64,000 nt of DNA from Nitrospirota bacterium (GTDB lineage: Bacteria; Nitrospirota; UBA9217). Below are positions 28,983 through 39,716 of the stretch, in pieces. The position numbers and the translations under genes were made by a program. The notes beneath the pieces were generated by a model. That model made no database searches. It saw nothing but the letters and a program-made list of their open reading frames with translations, and had not been told where the DNA came from. Positions within the stretch are counted from its first letter, which is position 1, and each line of letters opens with the position of its first letter. The DNA lies in assembly GCA_963751455.1 (NCBI GenBank), contig CAVVUN010000002.1, forward strand, positions 448,001 to 512,000, given 5' to 3'.

Positions 28983-29600
28983 TTGCGAAGATTATTCGTC
29001 GGGCTCGTTCTTTTTTTCCTGGTAACAGGCTTTTTTGTCTGCGAAGCAGGGACCGCTATCTATAAATATGTCGATAAGAACGGTATTGTCTGTTTTGCGG
29101 ATAATCTTCAGGCGGTTCCCGAGAACTACCGGAATACCGCAGTTATCATGCCCGACGAATCCAGTGATGAACCCCGGCGGAGCGCTGTCCTCCCCGCAGC
29201 AGTGAAACAAACCGACGAAGCGCCGGTTGAGGCTGAGACGAAGCACGTAGCAAGCCGTCCGCGCCCGCTCGGTACGAGAATAATGATTTCAGGTGTTGTC
29301 GTTATAACCGCTCTTCTGGCTTTCGTCAGTCTGTCAAGACTTCCCCAACTGAGGGAAAAGAAAAAAATTCTCTCCGCAATCCGGGGGGGCCTGATTGCCG
29401 TCGTATCGCTCTTTATCCTTGTCGCTCATGTGAAAGACCTTATAAACGGCGTCGGAGCTGCGCGCGGCGCTGTAGAAGACGTTCAAAACCGGTCGGCCCA
29501 GAGGGGCAAGAAGGCCGGCCAGGCGATAAAAACTCTTAACGAGCTGCTCAAGGAGCAGCAAAGCCAGGCCGGAAAGGAGCCATCCGAGAACCAGCGTTAA
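28983..29600 (+). CDS. DUF4124-like exported/membrane protein
   Basis: Signal peptide, IYKYVDKNGIVCFADN, two C-terminal TM segments; AAGGAG RBS. Confidence 0.7.
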   Translation: MRRLFVGLVLFFLVTGFFVCEAGTAIYKYVDKNGIVCFADNLQAVPENYRNTAVIMPDESSDEPRRSAVLPAAVKQTDEAPVEAETKHVASRPRPLGTRIMISGVVVITALLAFVSLSRLPQLREKKKILSAIRGGLIAVVSLFILVAHVKDLINGVGAARGAVEDVQNRSAQRGKKAGQAIKTLNELLKEQQSQAGKEPSENQR

Positions 29601-29608
29601 AATTGTCT

Positions 29609-30997
29609 TTATGGTTCTGTTTCCGTGACCGCATGTATAGCCTTGTAGACGATACCGACCATCCGCTTGAGCTCGTAATGTGAAATCGAAAGAGGAGGCA
29701 TAAGAACAATCACGTTCCCGAGGGGCCTGATAATGAGCCCATGCCTCCGGCATTCCGCGGTCACCCGTATCCCGGTTTTTCGCGCTATAGGGTACGGTTT
29801 CCTTGTTCCTTTCTCTTCCACAAGCTCGATCCCGGCCATTAATCCTTTCTGTCTGACATCGCCCACGTGATCCAGATGTTTAAACCGCTCAAGCATCCGG
29901 GAAAGCAGCGCGGCTTTGGCCCGCACTTTAATGAGCGTCCGCTCTTTCTTAAAAATATCAAGGCTTGCAACCGCGGCTGCGCATGCGAGGGGATTGCCTG
30001 TATATGTGTGACCATGGAAAAAAGTCTTCAAGTCCTGGTGATTGCCGAGAAATCGGTTGAATATCTCATTGGTTGCAAGCGTCGCGGCAAGAGGAAGATA
30101 ACCGCCCGTAATGCCCTTTGCGATGCACATGATATCGGGAGCCACTCGTTCCTGCTCGCACGCGAACATGGTTCCGGTCCTGCCGAAACCCGTTGCGACT
30201 TCATCAATAATCATGAGCACGTTGTATCTGGTGCAGAGCTCCCGGATCTTTTTGAGATACCCGGGCGGCTGCACCAGCATGCCCGCCGCTCCCTGGACCA
30301 GGGGTTCCATGATCAGCGCCGCTGTTTCCGGGGAATGACGGCGGATCACTTCTTCCGCCTTCTCAGCACAGGCCATTTTGCAGCCGGGATAGTTTTTCCC
30401 CAGCGAACAGCGATAGCAGCAGGGGGTCTCTATTTTGTATGATTGAAAGAGCAGGGGCTGGTATATTTGGTGAAAGAGTTCTATGCCGCCGACACTGACC
30501 GACCCAAGGGTGTCGCCATGATAAGCTTCCTTGAGCGAAATGAATTTCGTTTTACGCCGGTATTCCGGCCCTCTTTGGAGCCAGTATTGAAACGCTATCT
30601 TGAGAGCTATTTCGACGGCGGTGGATCCGCTGTCGGAATAAAAGACTTTTGACAGTCCTTTTGGTGCAAGAGCGACGAGTTTTTCCGCAAGAACTACCGC
30701 AGGTACATTCGACAGCCCAAGCAGCGTCGAATGAGCGATCATCCCGAGCTGCGCGGAGACTGCTTTGTCTATTTCCCGCTTTCTGTGACCATGGACCGTC
30801 ACCCAGAGGGAAGAAACTCCGTCAATATATTTCCTTCCGTGTATATCAGTAAGAACGCTCCCCCTGCCGGATTCGATGATGAGCTGAGGTTCTTTTTCCC
30901 AGTCCTGCATCTGTGTGAACGGATGCCAGATATATTTCTTGTCCAGTTTTTCGAGACGAAGAGCCTCGCGGATTTTTCCTATACTTTTATTTGTCAA
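29609..30997 (-). CDS. bioA: Adenosylmethionine-8-amino-7-oxononanoate aminotransferase
   Basis: IWHPFTQM, SSLWVTVHGH, YHGDT, DEVATGFGRTG, AKGITGGYLP, HGHTYTGNPLAC. Confidence 0.95.
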   Translation of the reverse strand: MTNKSIGKIREALRLEKLDKKYIWHPFTQMQDWEKEPQLIIESGRGSVLTDIHGRKYIDGVSSLWVTVHGHRKREIDKAVSAQLGMIAHSTLLGLSNVPAVVLAEKLVALAPKGLSKVFYSDSGSTAVEIALKIAFQYWLQRGPEYRRKTKFISLKEAYHGDTLGSVSVGGIELFHQIYQPLLFQSYKIETPCCYRCSLGKNYPGCKMACAEKAEEVIRRHSPETAALIMEPLVQGAAGMLVQPPGYLKKIRELCTRYNVLMIIDEVATGFGRTGTMFACEQERVAPDIMCIAKGITGGYLPLAATLATNEIFNRFLGNHQDLKTFFHGHTYTGNPLACAAAVASLDIFKKERTLIKVRAKAALLSRMLERFKHLDHVGDVRQKGLMAGIELVEEKGTRKPYPIARKTGIRVTAECRRHGLIIRPLGNVIVLMPPLSISHYELKRMVGIVYKAIHAVTETEP

Positions 30998-31187
30998 AAC
31001 GTTCCCTTAAATTTTCCGGTGAATGACATCTTGGTGAATGACATCTTATGGTTCGCTGAATTATAGGACATAGAGCTGTTTTGTCAATATAAAAAGGTCT
31101 TGAAAAGCCTGACTTACTTCTGGTAGAATACGATTTGCATTCCTTCATGATGGAATTCCGGTGAGCGCCCGAGGAGGCCTGTTCTGT

Positions 31188-32687
31188 ATGATCAACAATA
31201 AGAAATTCTATCTGTCCGCAGCTTTCATTCTCGTAGTCGGCATTTTTGTCGGGCTTGTTCTTTCGTCGCATATCGGCGTCATCAATCCTTTGCCGGCAAA
31301 AAACCAGATATCATCGAAATCGACAGATATATTATCCCAGCTGAGCGAGGCTCAATCCGAGGTGGCGGCTGTCGCCACGCCCTCCATTGTAAATATATCG
31401 ACGACAAGGGTCATCAAGTCGCACGAGGAGACAACGCCTTTTGAATTTTTCGACGATCCCTTCTTCAGGCGGTTCTTTGGAGAGCAGTTTCCTCATCCGA
31501 ACGTACCGAAGGAGCGCAAGGAGCAGAGCCTGGGATCCGGTGTAATCGTGTCAGAGGACGGGTATATCGTCACCAACAACCATGTCATCGAGAAGTCGCA
31601 GGAAATTAAAGTGCTGCTTTCGAACAAAAGGGACTACAGGGCAAAACTGATCGGCGCGGACCCCAAGACGGACATCGCTGTCATCAAGATCGAGGCGCAC
31701 GGTCTTCCTGCGCTTTCCTGGGGTGATTCCAACAAGCTGAAGGTCGGCGAAATCGTATTTGCGATCGGGAACCCGTTCGGATTGAACCAGACAGTGACCA
31801 TGGGCGGCATCAGTGCGGTCGGTCGCGCGAATGTCGGTATTGCCGATTATGAGGATTTTATCCAGACGGATGCTGCAATCAATCCCGGTAATTCCGGCGG
31901 AGCGCTGGTGAATGCCCGGGGCGAACTTATCGGCATCAATACGGCCATCCTGTCCAGAACGGGCGGATATCAGGGAATCGGCTTCGCCGTACCAAGCAGC
32001 ATGGCCCAGCAGGTGATGGACAGCCTCATAAAGCATAAAAAAGTCGTACGCGGCTGGCTCGGGGTAAGTATCCAGGAAGTCACCTCGGACCTTGCCGAAG
32101 AATTCGGCGTCAAGGATCTTAAAGGCGCCCTTGTGAGCGGCGTCATGAAAGGAAGTCCGGCCGAAAAGGCTGGCATACGGCAGGGCGATGTCATCCTGCA
32201 GTATAACGGCAGGGTTGTTGAAGATACCGGCCATCTCAGGAACATGGTTTCCCAGACAGCGCTCGGTACTACCGTAAAAGTGAAGCTGCTCCATCAGAAA
32301 AAGGAGATTGAGACCGACGTTGTGATTGCCGAGCTCCCGAAAAAAATCGCAGAAGCGGGCGCCCAGACGGAGGAAGAGCCGGTCTCGGAGGATGAAAGTA
32401 CATCGCTGACGGGGATGTCGGTGCGGGCGCTGACGCCCGATGTCGCGAAGCACCTCGGGATCAGCGAAACTGAAAAAGGGGTCGTCGTAGTCAAGATCGA
32501 TCCGGAAAGCAGAATCTACGAGGCCGGGATCAGGCAGGGCGACATAATCCTGCAAATCAATCAAAAGAACATAGCGTCCCTCGAAGACTATCGAAAAGCG
32601 GCGTCCACGATCCGCGCAAAAGACAGATTACTCCTTCTCATACGCAGAAAAGGCGAGGACCTGTTCGTTACGGTGAGGCCGCAATAA
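31188..32687 (+). CDS. HtrA/DegP-DegQ (Do family) serine protease with two PDZ domains
   Basis: SLGSGVIV, TNNHV, QTDAAINPGNSGG, RGWLGV; GAGGAGG RBS. Confidence 0.95.
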   Translation: MINNKKFYLSAAFILVVGIFVGLVLSSHIGVINPLPAKNQISSKSTDILSQLSEAQSEVAAVATPSIVNISTTRVIKSHEETTPFEFFDDPFFRRFFGEQFPHPNVPKERKEQSLGSGVIVSEDGYIVTNNHVIEKSQEIKVLLSNKRDYRAKLIGADPKTDIAVIKIEAHGLPALSWGDSNKLKVGEIVFAIGNPFGLNQTVTMGGISAVGRANVGIADYEDFIQTDAAINPGNSGGALVNARGELIGINTAILSRTGGYQGIGFAVPSSMAQQVMDSLIKHKKVVRGWLGVSIQEVTSDLAEEFGVKDLKGALVSGVMKGSPAEKAGIRQGDVILQYNGRVVEDTGHLRNMVSQTALGTTVKVKLLHQKKEIETDVVIAELPKKIAEAGAQTEEEPVSEDESTSLTGMSVRALTPDVAKHLGISETEKGVVVVKIDPESRIYEAGIRQGDIILQINQKNIASLEDYRKAASTIRAKDRLLLLIRRKGEDLFVTVRPQ

Positions 32688-32780
32688 TTTCTCCTTTTCC
32701 GGACGAGCTTTTTTCTGCGAAAAACGGATAATCTCAACAGCAGTGCTCGCAGTACATTCTATAACAAGGAGGTGAGACAG

Positions 32781-33800
32781 ATGGGACTTATTCTTATTCG
32801 TATTTTATTCATTTGTTTAAGCATGCTGCTCGGATACTATGTATCAACGCAGCTTTACGACCAGGTCACAAAAATGGAAGGTATGATCATCGGCTTCGCG
32901 GTTTCCGTCCTCATTATTGTAACCGAATTTCTGTTCAGACGTGTGTCTTTAAAAGTCATTGTTGGCGGTATTCTCGGCTTTATCCTCGGTTTGATGTCCG
33001 CAAACATTATTGCCGCGCCCTTGAAGCTTGTGCCGCTCGAGCGCAGCATCGTTAACTTCATTCTTCTGCTTATGAACGGTTTCTTCGGTTATATCGGCAT
33101 TATGATCGGAATCAGGGAAGGCGAGCGATTCAATCCGTCCAACATCAAGAAGCTTTTCAAGAGCGGCGCCGAAGAGAACATCAAGATCATGGACACGAGC
33201 GTTATCATCGACGGAAGGATCGCCGACGTTTGCGAGACAGAATTTCTCGACGGCACCATAATCATTCCGCAGTTCATCCTGCATGAATTGCAGCATATCG
33301 CCGACTCTTCCGATTCACTGAAGCGGGCGAGGGGAAGGCGGGGTCTCGACATTCTGCACCGTATTCAAAAAATGAGCCATATGGAGGTGCGTATCGTCGA
33401 AGAGGACTTTCCCAAGATCCGGGACGTCGACAGCAAACTGATAGCGCTTGGCAAAAAAATGGGCGCGAAGGTCATTACGAACGATTTCAACCTCAATAAG
33501 GTAGCGGAGCTCCAGGGCGTCAAAGTGCTGAACATCAACGACTTGTCGAATGCGGTGAAGCCAGTCGCCCTTCCCGGCGAAAGCATGCGCGTATTTGTCC
33601 TGAAGGAAGGCAAGGAACCGGGTCAGGGGGTGGCATACCTGGATGACGGGACCATGATCGTGGTGGAGAACGGGCGTAAATATATCAACAAGAACGTTGA
33701 CGTGGCGGTTACGAGCGTTCTTCAGACGGCCGCCGGCCGGATGATTTTTACAAAACTCAAGGAAGACATGGAGCATGATTTGCAGACGGCGGAACGGTGA
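32781..33800 (+). CDS. Membrane PIN/TRAM domain protein (YacL-like)
   Basis: [51 protein letters not shown]. Confidence 0.92.
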   Translation: MGLILIRILFICLSMLLGYYVSTQLYDQVTKMEGMIIGFAVSVLIIVTEFLFRRVSLKVIVGGILGFILGLMSANIIAAPLKLVPLERSIVNFILLLMNGFFGYIGIMIGIREGERFNPSNIKKLFKSGAEENIKIMDTSVIIDGRIADVCETEFLDGTIIIPQFILHELQHIADSSDSLKRARGRRGLDILHRIQKMSHMEVRIVEEDFPKIRDVDSKLIALGKKMGAKVITNDFNLNKVAELQGVKVLNINDLSNAVKPVALPGESMRVFVLKEGKEPGQGVAYLDDGTMIVVENGRKYINKNVDVAVTSVLQTAAGRMIFTKLKEDMEHDLQTAER

Positions 33801-33812
33801 GCGACACCCATG

Positions 33813-33898
33813 TCAAATTTCAAATTGCAAAGTGAAAATTTACAAAAACACGCGCGGTTTTAATTACATTTTGATATTTGCAATTTGCATTTTGCAAT
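33813..33898. repeat. 7-bp-periodic inverted tandem repeat
   Basis: CAAATTTCAAATTGCAAAGTGAAAATTTACAA...TTACATTTTGATATTTGCAATTTGCATTTTGCAAT. Confidence 0.7.
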
Positions 33899-33919
33899 TA
33901 TTATTTACTAGGAGGATCG

Positions 33920-34666
33920 ATGTCAGGTCATTCAAAATGGGCAACAACAAAACATAAAAAGGCAGCTACTGATGCAAAACGCGGAAAGATCTTTACCAAA
34001 ATCGGGAAAGAGATCGCGGTAGCCGCGAAACTCGGCGGCGGCGATCCCGGTGGAAATCCGCGGCTCAGAACGGCCGTCGCAAAGGCAAAGTCGGTAAGCA
34101 TGCCCGCTGAAAATATCAAGCGGGCGATCCAGAAAGGCACAGGCGAACTTCCGGGTGTTTCTTACGAGGAAATCATGTATGAGGGCTATGGCACCGGCGG
34201 CGTCGCGGTTCTCGTGGAGGTCCTGACGGACAATCGCAACAGGACCGTATCCGAGATACGGAATATTTTCAGCAAGAGCGGCGGAAACATGGGTGAAGCA
34301 GGGTGTGTTGCATGGATGTTCCATAAAAAGGGATACATCGTGGTGAACCGGGTGAAAGTGGACGAGGACAAGCTGATGACTCTCGCACTGGATGCCGGTG
34401 CAGAAGACATGCAGACCGAAGATGAAAACTTTGTGATTACTACCCCGCCGAACGATTTTGAGAAGGTAAAAAAAGCTCTCGAGGACGCGGGTATGTCGCT
34501 GGAGGTCTCCGAAATCACCATGGTGCCGCAGACCTATGTCAAACTAGACGGCAAGGAAGCCCAGCAGATGCTTCGTCTGGTGGAAAACCTTGAAGACAAC
34601 GACGACGTCCAAAACGTGTACGCCAACTTCGACATCCCGGAGGAAATACTGAGCGCTGCGGTGTAG
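33920..34666 (+). CDS. yebC: YebC/PmpR family protein
   Basis: [36 protein letters not shown]. Confidence 0.96.
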   Translation: MSGHSKWATTKHKKAATDAKRGKIFTKIGKEIAVAAKLGGGDPGGNPRLRTAVAKAKSVSMPAENIKRAIQKGTGELPGVSYEEIMYEGYGTGGVAVLVEVLTDNRNRTVSEIRNIFSKSGGNMGEAGCVAWMFHKKGYIVVNRVKVDEDKLMTLALDAGAEDMQTEDENFVITTPPNDFEKVKKALEDAGMSLEVSEITMVPQTYVKLDGKEAQQMLRLVENLEDNDDVQNVYANFDIPEEILSAAV

Positions 34667-34685
34667 TCGCGTGCGCCCTGCACGA

Positions 34686-34760
34686 ATGAAAATTGGAAAT
34701 TTCAAATTGAGAATTGAAAATTGCAGGGTTCTTCCGTTTCCAATTCTCAATTTGCGCACT
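34686..34760. repeat. 7-bp-periodic inverted tandem repeat
   Basis: GAAAATTGGAAATTTCAAATTGAGAATTGAAAATTG...TTTCCAATTCTCAATTTGC. Confidence 0.65.
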
Positions 34761-34795
34761 TATAATGTTTTTCTGTTTACCGGGGGGAGGATCGT

Positions 34796-35356
34796 ATGAG
34801 GGTTCTGGGTGTTGATCCGGGTACGCTCACGAGCGGATACGGGATTGTTGCCGAGGAGGACCATAAGCTTTTTCATGTAGCGTCAGGCGGCATCAGCCCC
34901 TCCGCGAAGCAGCCCTTTCCCAAGCGCCTAAAAAAAATTTACGAAGAACTCGAGAAAATTATCGACAAGTACCGGCCGCATGTCGTGGTCGTGGAGGACC
35001 TTTTTGTTTCGAAAAACATAAAATCCGCGCTCAAACTCGGGCATGCCAGGGGCGTCGTCATTCTTGCAGCAATGAACGCCGGATTGCCCGTGTTTGAATA
35101 TGCTCCGCTTGAAGTAAAGCAGGCCGTCGTGGGACATGGAAAAGCCGATAAAAAACAGGTGCAGTTGATGGTCAAAGCGCTGCTGGACCTTTCCAAAGTT
35201 CCCCATCCGGCAGATGCGGCTGACGCCCTTGCCGCTGCAATCTGCCACATAAACTCCTGCCGGATGAGAGAGGTGCTCAAGAATTCTTCTTCACTGCGGC
35301 AACCGGGAAGAAGCAGCGGTTTTGTGAGATCGAACACGGCAAGCAGGCTGAAATGA
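34796..35356 (+). CDS. ruvC: Holliday junction resolvase
   Basis: LGVDPG, LGHARG, EYAPLEVK..VVGHGKADK, DAADALAAAICH. Confidence 0.96.
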   Translation: MRVLGVDPGTLTSGYGIVAEEDHKLFHVASGGISPSAKQPFPKRLKKIYEELEKIIDKYRPHVVVVEDLFVSKNIKSALKLGHARGVVILAAMNAGLPVFEYAPLEVKQAVVGHGKADKKQVQLMVKALLDLSKVPHPADAADALAAAICHINSCRMREVLKNSSSLRQPGRSSGFVRSNTASRLK

Positions 35357-35953
35357 TCGCTTTTTTGAGCGGCACGCTGAGGCGAAAGGCAACCGACCAG
35401 CTCGTTGTCGACGTCAACGGCGTCGGCTACCAGGTTCACATTCCCCTTTCCACGTATTGTACCATTCCCGAAACCGGTGAAGAAGTGTGTCTTCACATCC
35501 ATACTCACGTGCGGGAAGATTCCCTCTCGCTCTTCGGTTTTTTAACACAGGCAGAAAAAAGAGATGTTTCTGCTTCTGATGGGCGTTTCCGGCATAGGGC
35601 CGAAGCTAGCGCTTGCCGTGCTCTCGAGCATTCCGGTGGAAGATCTTTGCAGCGCAATACATTCTGCGGACGATACACGATTGTGCGCAATCCCGGGTAT
35701 TGGTAAAAAAACCGCCGCCCGCATGGTCCTCGAATTAAAAGACAAAATCAAACAGGCGCTTATCCGAGACACCGGAACGCAGACTACGGCCGAAGCGCCG
35801 GATGCGCTCGATGACGTTGTATCCGCTCTGGTGAACCTCGGCTATAAGAAGCCGCAGGCCGAGGAGACCGTCAGAAAAATACAAAGGGGCAGTCCCAATA
35901 TCGCCGTAGAGGAAATGCTCCGACACGCCCTTTCAATTTTGACGAAAAGATAG
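35353..35953 (+). CDS. ruvA: Holliday junction branch migration protein RuvA (apparent +1 frameshift in an A run)
   Basis: MIAFLSG..DVNGVGY..HVREDSLSLFGF continues in another frame as LMGVSGIGPKLA..IPGIGKKTAARMVLELK; A6 at 35555-35560. Confidence 0.93.
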
Positions 35954-36094
35954 GAACGAGCCGACCGTGTCGCCGTGAAGATGGCAACACCCTGCATCGC
36001 AGGGTGAAGCATAGACCCGTTGTCGTACCCTTTCGCTTAGATACACGAAAGGGGAATCAATGACAAGACAGGAATCAGGGGTAACAAAATATTT

Positions 36095-37115
36095 ATGCCC
36101 GAGCGTATCATAGAACCCGAACAGAATGGCGAAGACGCTAAATTCGACCGGAGCCTCAGGCCGCGCCGTTTTGAAGATTTTGTCGGGCAGGAACAGGATT
36201 AAGGAGAATCTGCGAGTTTATATCAATGCCGCGAAAGGACGGGGCGAAGCCCTCGATCATGTCCTATTTTGCGGACCGCCGGGTCTCGGCAAAACGACGC
36301 TTGCAAACATAATCGCTAACGAACTTGGGGTGGCCATCAAGGCGACATCGGGCCCTGTCCTGGAACGGGCCGGCGACCTGGCCGCAATTCTTACGAATCT
36401 TCAGGAACACGACGTCTTTTTTATCGACGAAATCCATCGGTTGAACAGGGTCGTAGAGGAGATCCTTTACCCGGCAATGGAGGATTTTCAACTCGATATC
36501 ATGATCGGCCAGGGACCGGGCGCCCGCTCCATAAAACTCGATCTCCCGCGCTTCACGCTCGTGGGCGCGACTACAAGAACCGGCCTCCTCACTTCTCCGC
36601 TTCGCGATCGCTTCGGCGTGATCGATCGCCTGAATTTCTATTCCCCTCCGGAGTTAAGGACGATTGTTGAGCGCTCCGCGGAGCTGATGAAAACTTCGAT
36701 AACCGGCGACGCGGCAGCGGAAATTGCATGCCGGTCCAGAGGGACCCCCAGGATCGTGAACCGCCTTCTGCGCAGAGTAAGGGATTTTGCCCAGGTGCAG
36801 GGGGATGGCACGATTACCCGCCCTGTTGTAGTGTCTGCCATGCAGAGACTCGAGGTGGATGAGCGGGGATTCGATGCCATGGATCGAAGGCTCCTCCTCC
36901 TCATCATCGATAAATTTGAAGGAGGGCCAGTGGGACTGGAGACGCTGGCTGCTGCGCTCAACGAGGAGAAGGACACGCTCGAAGACGTATACGAACCTTA
37001 TCTTATCCAGGAAGGGTTCCTGGACCGTACCCCGCGTGGCAGGCAGACGACCAGAACCGCGTATGAGTACTTCGGCAGAAAGAAATCGGAATTAACGCAA
37101 AAAAAATTATTATAG
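36095..37115 (+). CDS. ruvB: Holliday junction helicase RuvB (apparent +1 frameshift near 36195)
   Basis: ATG 36095 gives ..[16 protein letters not shown]; body [25 protein letters not shown] is in the shifted frame. Confidence 0.94.
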
Positions 37116-37135
37116 TCCATTTGCGTGATCAAAAG

Positions 37136-37669
37136 ATGAAGATTTTTTTTCACATATGCTGTGCTCCATGCGCCCTCTACCCCTTCTACAGGCTCAAGGA
37201 GGACGGTATGGAGCCTGCCGGGTATTTCTATAATCCCAATATTCACCCTTATCTCGAATATAAAAAACGGCTCGATACGGTAAAGGAATTCTCGCATCGC
37301 GTGGGACTGGACGTGGTATACCGGGACGGTTATGACCTCGATGAATTTCTAAGCCGTGTGGCGGGCACCGGGGCCAGGCGATGTGAGCATTGTTACCGTA
37401 TGCGAATTGCGGCTGTAACGGCGGCTGCGAAGGAAAACGGGTTCCGTTTGTTTACGACCTCCCTGTTGTACAGCAAATATCAGAAGCATGACCTCGTCAA
37501 GGAGATCGCACGAGAGATGGCGAGCGAGCATGGGGTCGAATTTTATTATGAGGACTTCCGCCTGGGTTGGCGGGAAGGCATCGTGGAGTCGAAGGCCATG
37601 GGGCTGTACCGTCAACAGTACTGCGGCTGCATTTACAGTGAGCGCGAACGATACCGGGCGAAGAAGTGA
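37136..37669 (+). CDS. queH: Epoxyqueuosine reductase QueH
   Basis: HICCAPC, FYNPNIHP, RCEHCY, YRQQYCGC. Confidence 0.9.
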   Translation: MKIFFHICCAPCALYPFYRLKEDGMEPAGYFYNPNIHPYLEYKKRLDTVKEFSHRVGLDVVYRDGYDLDEFLSRVAGTGARRCEHCYRMRIAAVTAAAKENGFRLFTTSLLYSKYQKHDLVKEIAREMASEHGVEFYYEDFRLGWREGIVESKAMGLYRQQYCGCIYSERERYRAKK

Positions 37670-37760
37670 GAAAGAAGCCAGGCAGCATGCCGCCCACGAT
37701 ATGTTTCAATTAACTAAAAAAAGTTTCACCGCGGGGCCCGCTTTCCCGACCAGTTACAAA

Positions 37761-38852
37761 ATGAAGTTTCCTCTTGTACTGGCATACACCCTCATTTTTT
37801 CCGCAGCATCGGCCTCTGCATCTGAAATCATCCGTGTCGCTGTTTTGGACAACCAGAGCTCTGTGACGATCAAGGCCGCAGGCGGTTTGAGACCGGAGGA
37901 TGCGGTACCCGGAAAGGAATCAAAAAGGACGGTCTTCACGTCCGCGCTCGTCGGCAGTCGGCCGGTAAGAGTGCTGCCAGAGGGACAATATATTCAGGTG
38001 AACGGCAAGAGCTATCGCGGCCTCATAGAGATCAGAAAGAAAAAAAACGATCTGCTTCTTATTGTAAATGAACTCGATATCGAAGATTACCTCAGGGGAG
38101 TTGTCGCATCTGAAGTGCCCTATGACTGGGAATTTGAGGCGCTGAAGGCCCAGGCTGTTGCTTCACGAACGTTTGCCCTGTATCAAAAAAGAATGACACG
38201 GGCAAAACCGTATCACATCGTTGCCTCTGTAAACGGCCAGGTGTACGACGGCAGGAACTCGGAACGGGAACAAGCGGTGAAAGCAGTCAAGGAAACCGAA
38301 GGGGTCATAGTTGCCTACAAGGGAGAAGCTGCGGCCGCCTTTTATCACTCAAGCTGCGGAGGCCATACTGAAAACGCGATGGAGCTCTGGGGCATCAACG
38401 AGCCCTATCTCCAGGGTGTTAACTGCGATTGTCAGGAAATCTCCCGCTATGGAACGTGGGAAAAAAGGATCGGTCTCCCCGTGATTTCGGCCGCTTTGGA
38501 ACGGCAGGGATATCGAATGAAGAACGCTTCCAATGTGCGCATCAACGGCATAACGCCGGCCGGCCGTGTAAAACTGGTCTCGATCCGTACGTCAGAAGGA
38601 AACGTGAACGTGCCGGCCGAAAAATTCCGGGCTGCGCTCGGCTATGCCTCGATTCCAAGCGTTTTTTTTGAAGCAGAGACTTCCGGAAATGAAGTCGTTA
38701 TTTCCGGCAGGGGGCTGGGGCACGGAGTGGGTATGTGCCAGTGGGGGGCCCGCCAGATGGCGCAGCGGGGCAGCGATTTCAAGGCAATTCTCGCTCACTA
38801 TTATCCCGGGACCACAGTATCGAAATCGAACGCCAAATCGAGCCGGCATTAA
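37761..38852 (+). CDS. SpoIID/LytB domain protein
   Basis: IEDYLRGVVASE, ALKAQAVASRT, YHSSCGG, GHGVGMCQWGA, ILAHYYPG. Confidence 0.92.
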   Translation: MKFPLVLAYTLIFSAASASASEIIRVAVLDNQSSVTIKAAGGLRPEDAVPGKESKRTVFTSALVGSRPVRVLPEGQYIQVNGKSYRGLIEIRKKKNDLLLIVNELDIEDYLRGVVASEVPYDWEFEALKAQAVASRTFALYQKRMTRAKPYHIVASVNGQVYDGRNSEREQAVKAVKETEGVIVAYKGEAAAAFYHSSCGGHTENAMELWGINEPYLQGVNCDCQEISRYGTWEKRIGLPVISAALERQGYRMKNASNVRINGITPAGRVKLVSIRTSEGNVNVPAEKFRAALGYASIPSVFFEAETSGNEVVISGRGLGHGVGMCQWGARQMAQRGSDFKAILAHYYPGTTVSKSNAKSSRH

Positions 38853-38897
38853 AATCATTTCTTGACCTGAGAATGCAAACAGAATAAAATACCCGCC

Positions 38898-39653
38898 ATG
38901 CAGAAAAATATCCAGAAAAATATCAGGACCATTATTACCGTGCTTGTGGCTGTCGTAATAGCGGCCGGCCTTCTTGTTGCGACGTATACGAGAAACAGGG
39001 TTTATAAGACCCCGGTTACTTTGTGGGAGGATGCATCGTCGAAATCGGCGATGAAAAGAAGAACCCATGAGAATTACGGACAGGCATTGTCAACGGCGGG
39101 ATTTTATCCGGAAGCATTGCGCCAATTTGAAACGGTCCTTGCTCTCAAGGATGACGGAAGCGTTCCGATGCGGGACCTGTACCGCGAAATGGGTGTCGTT
39201 TTTTTCCGGATGGGGCTCTTTGACGATTCCATCAGCGCATGGGAGACCGGACTTCGGCATGCTCCGTCCGACCCGAGCATCCTGAACAATCTCTCGGTTG
39301 TTTTTATTAAGAAAGGTCGAATCGATGAAGCCGAGGCGGTAGTGCGACAGGCGCTTTCGGTGGCGCCATATATGCCTCACCTCCTGAACACGCTCGGCGA
39401 AATACTCATGAGCAAGGGAAAGTTCGAGGAAGCCCTCCAGAGTTTTCTCGCAGCCATTCAACAAAGCCCGGATGTTGCGGCCCGGTACTGGAATGCGGCG
39501 ATTGCTTTTGAAAGAACCGGCAAGTACGACATGGCGTATCAATATGCAAATCAGTACGCAGCCATGGAACCTGACCCGGGACTTCGCCAGAACGCATTGG
39601 GTTTAATGGAAGCACTCCAAAAACAACATTTGTCAAAGAAACCCGCGCCGTAG
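38898..39653 (+). CDS. Membrane-anchored TPR protein
   Basis: N-terminal TM then TPR-like repeats. Confidence 0.8.
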   Translation: MQKNIQKNIRTIITVLVAVVIAAGLLVATYTRNRVYKTPVTLWEDASSKSAMKRRTHENYGQALSTAGFYPEALRQFETVLALKDDGSVPMRDLYREMGVVFFRMGLFDDSISAWETGLRHAPSDPSILNNLSVVFIKKGRIDEAEAVVRQALSVAPYMPHLLNTLGEILMSKGKFEEALQSFLAAIQQSPDVAARYWNAAIAFERTGKYDMAYQYANQYAAMEPDPGLRQNALGLMEALQKQHLSKKPAP

Positions 39654-39716
39654 TACCCGAAAAAATTCCCGCATCAGATTCTTTTCACGTAAACGCTTCC
39701 TTTTTTTCCCTTCCCA

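Noticed and set aside
31018-31047. 15-bp tandem duplication GGTGAATGACATCTT in the bioA-degP divergent gap
   Set aside because: Only two copies; cannot distinguish an operator from a slippage duplication
31551-32564. 337-aa minus-strand ORF
   Set aside because: Antisense shadow of the HtrA gene
35955-36080. Hairpins between ruvA and ruvB as an ncRNA
   Set aside because: Two short stems only, no second copy or recognisable family
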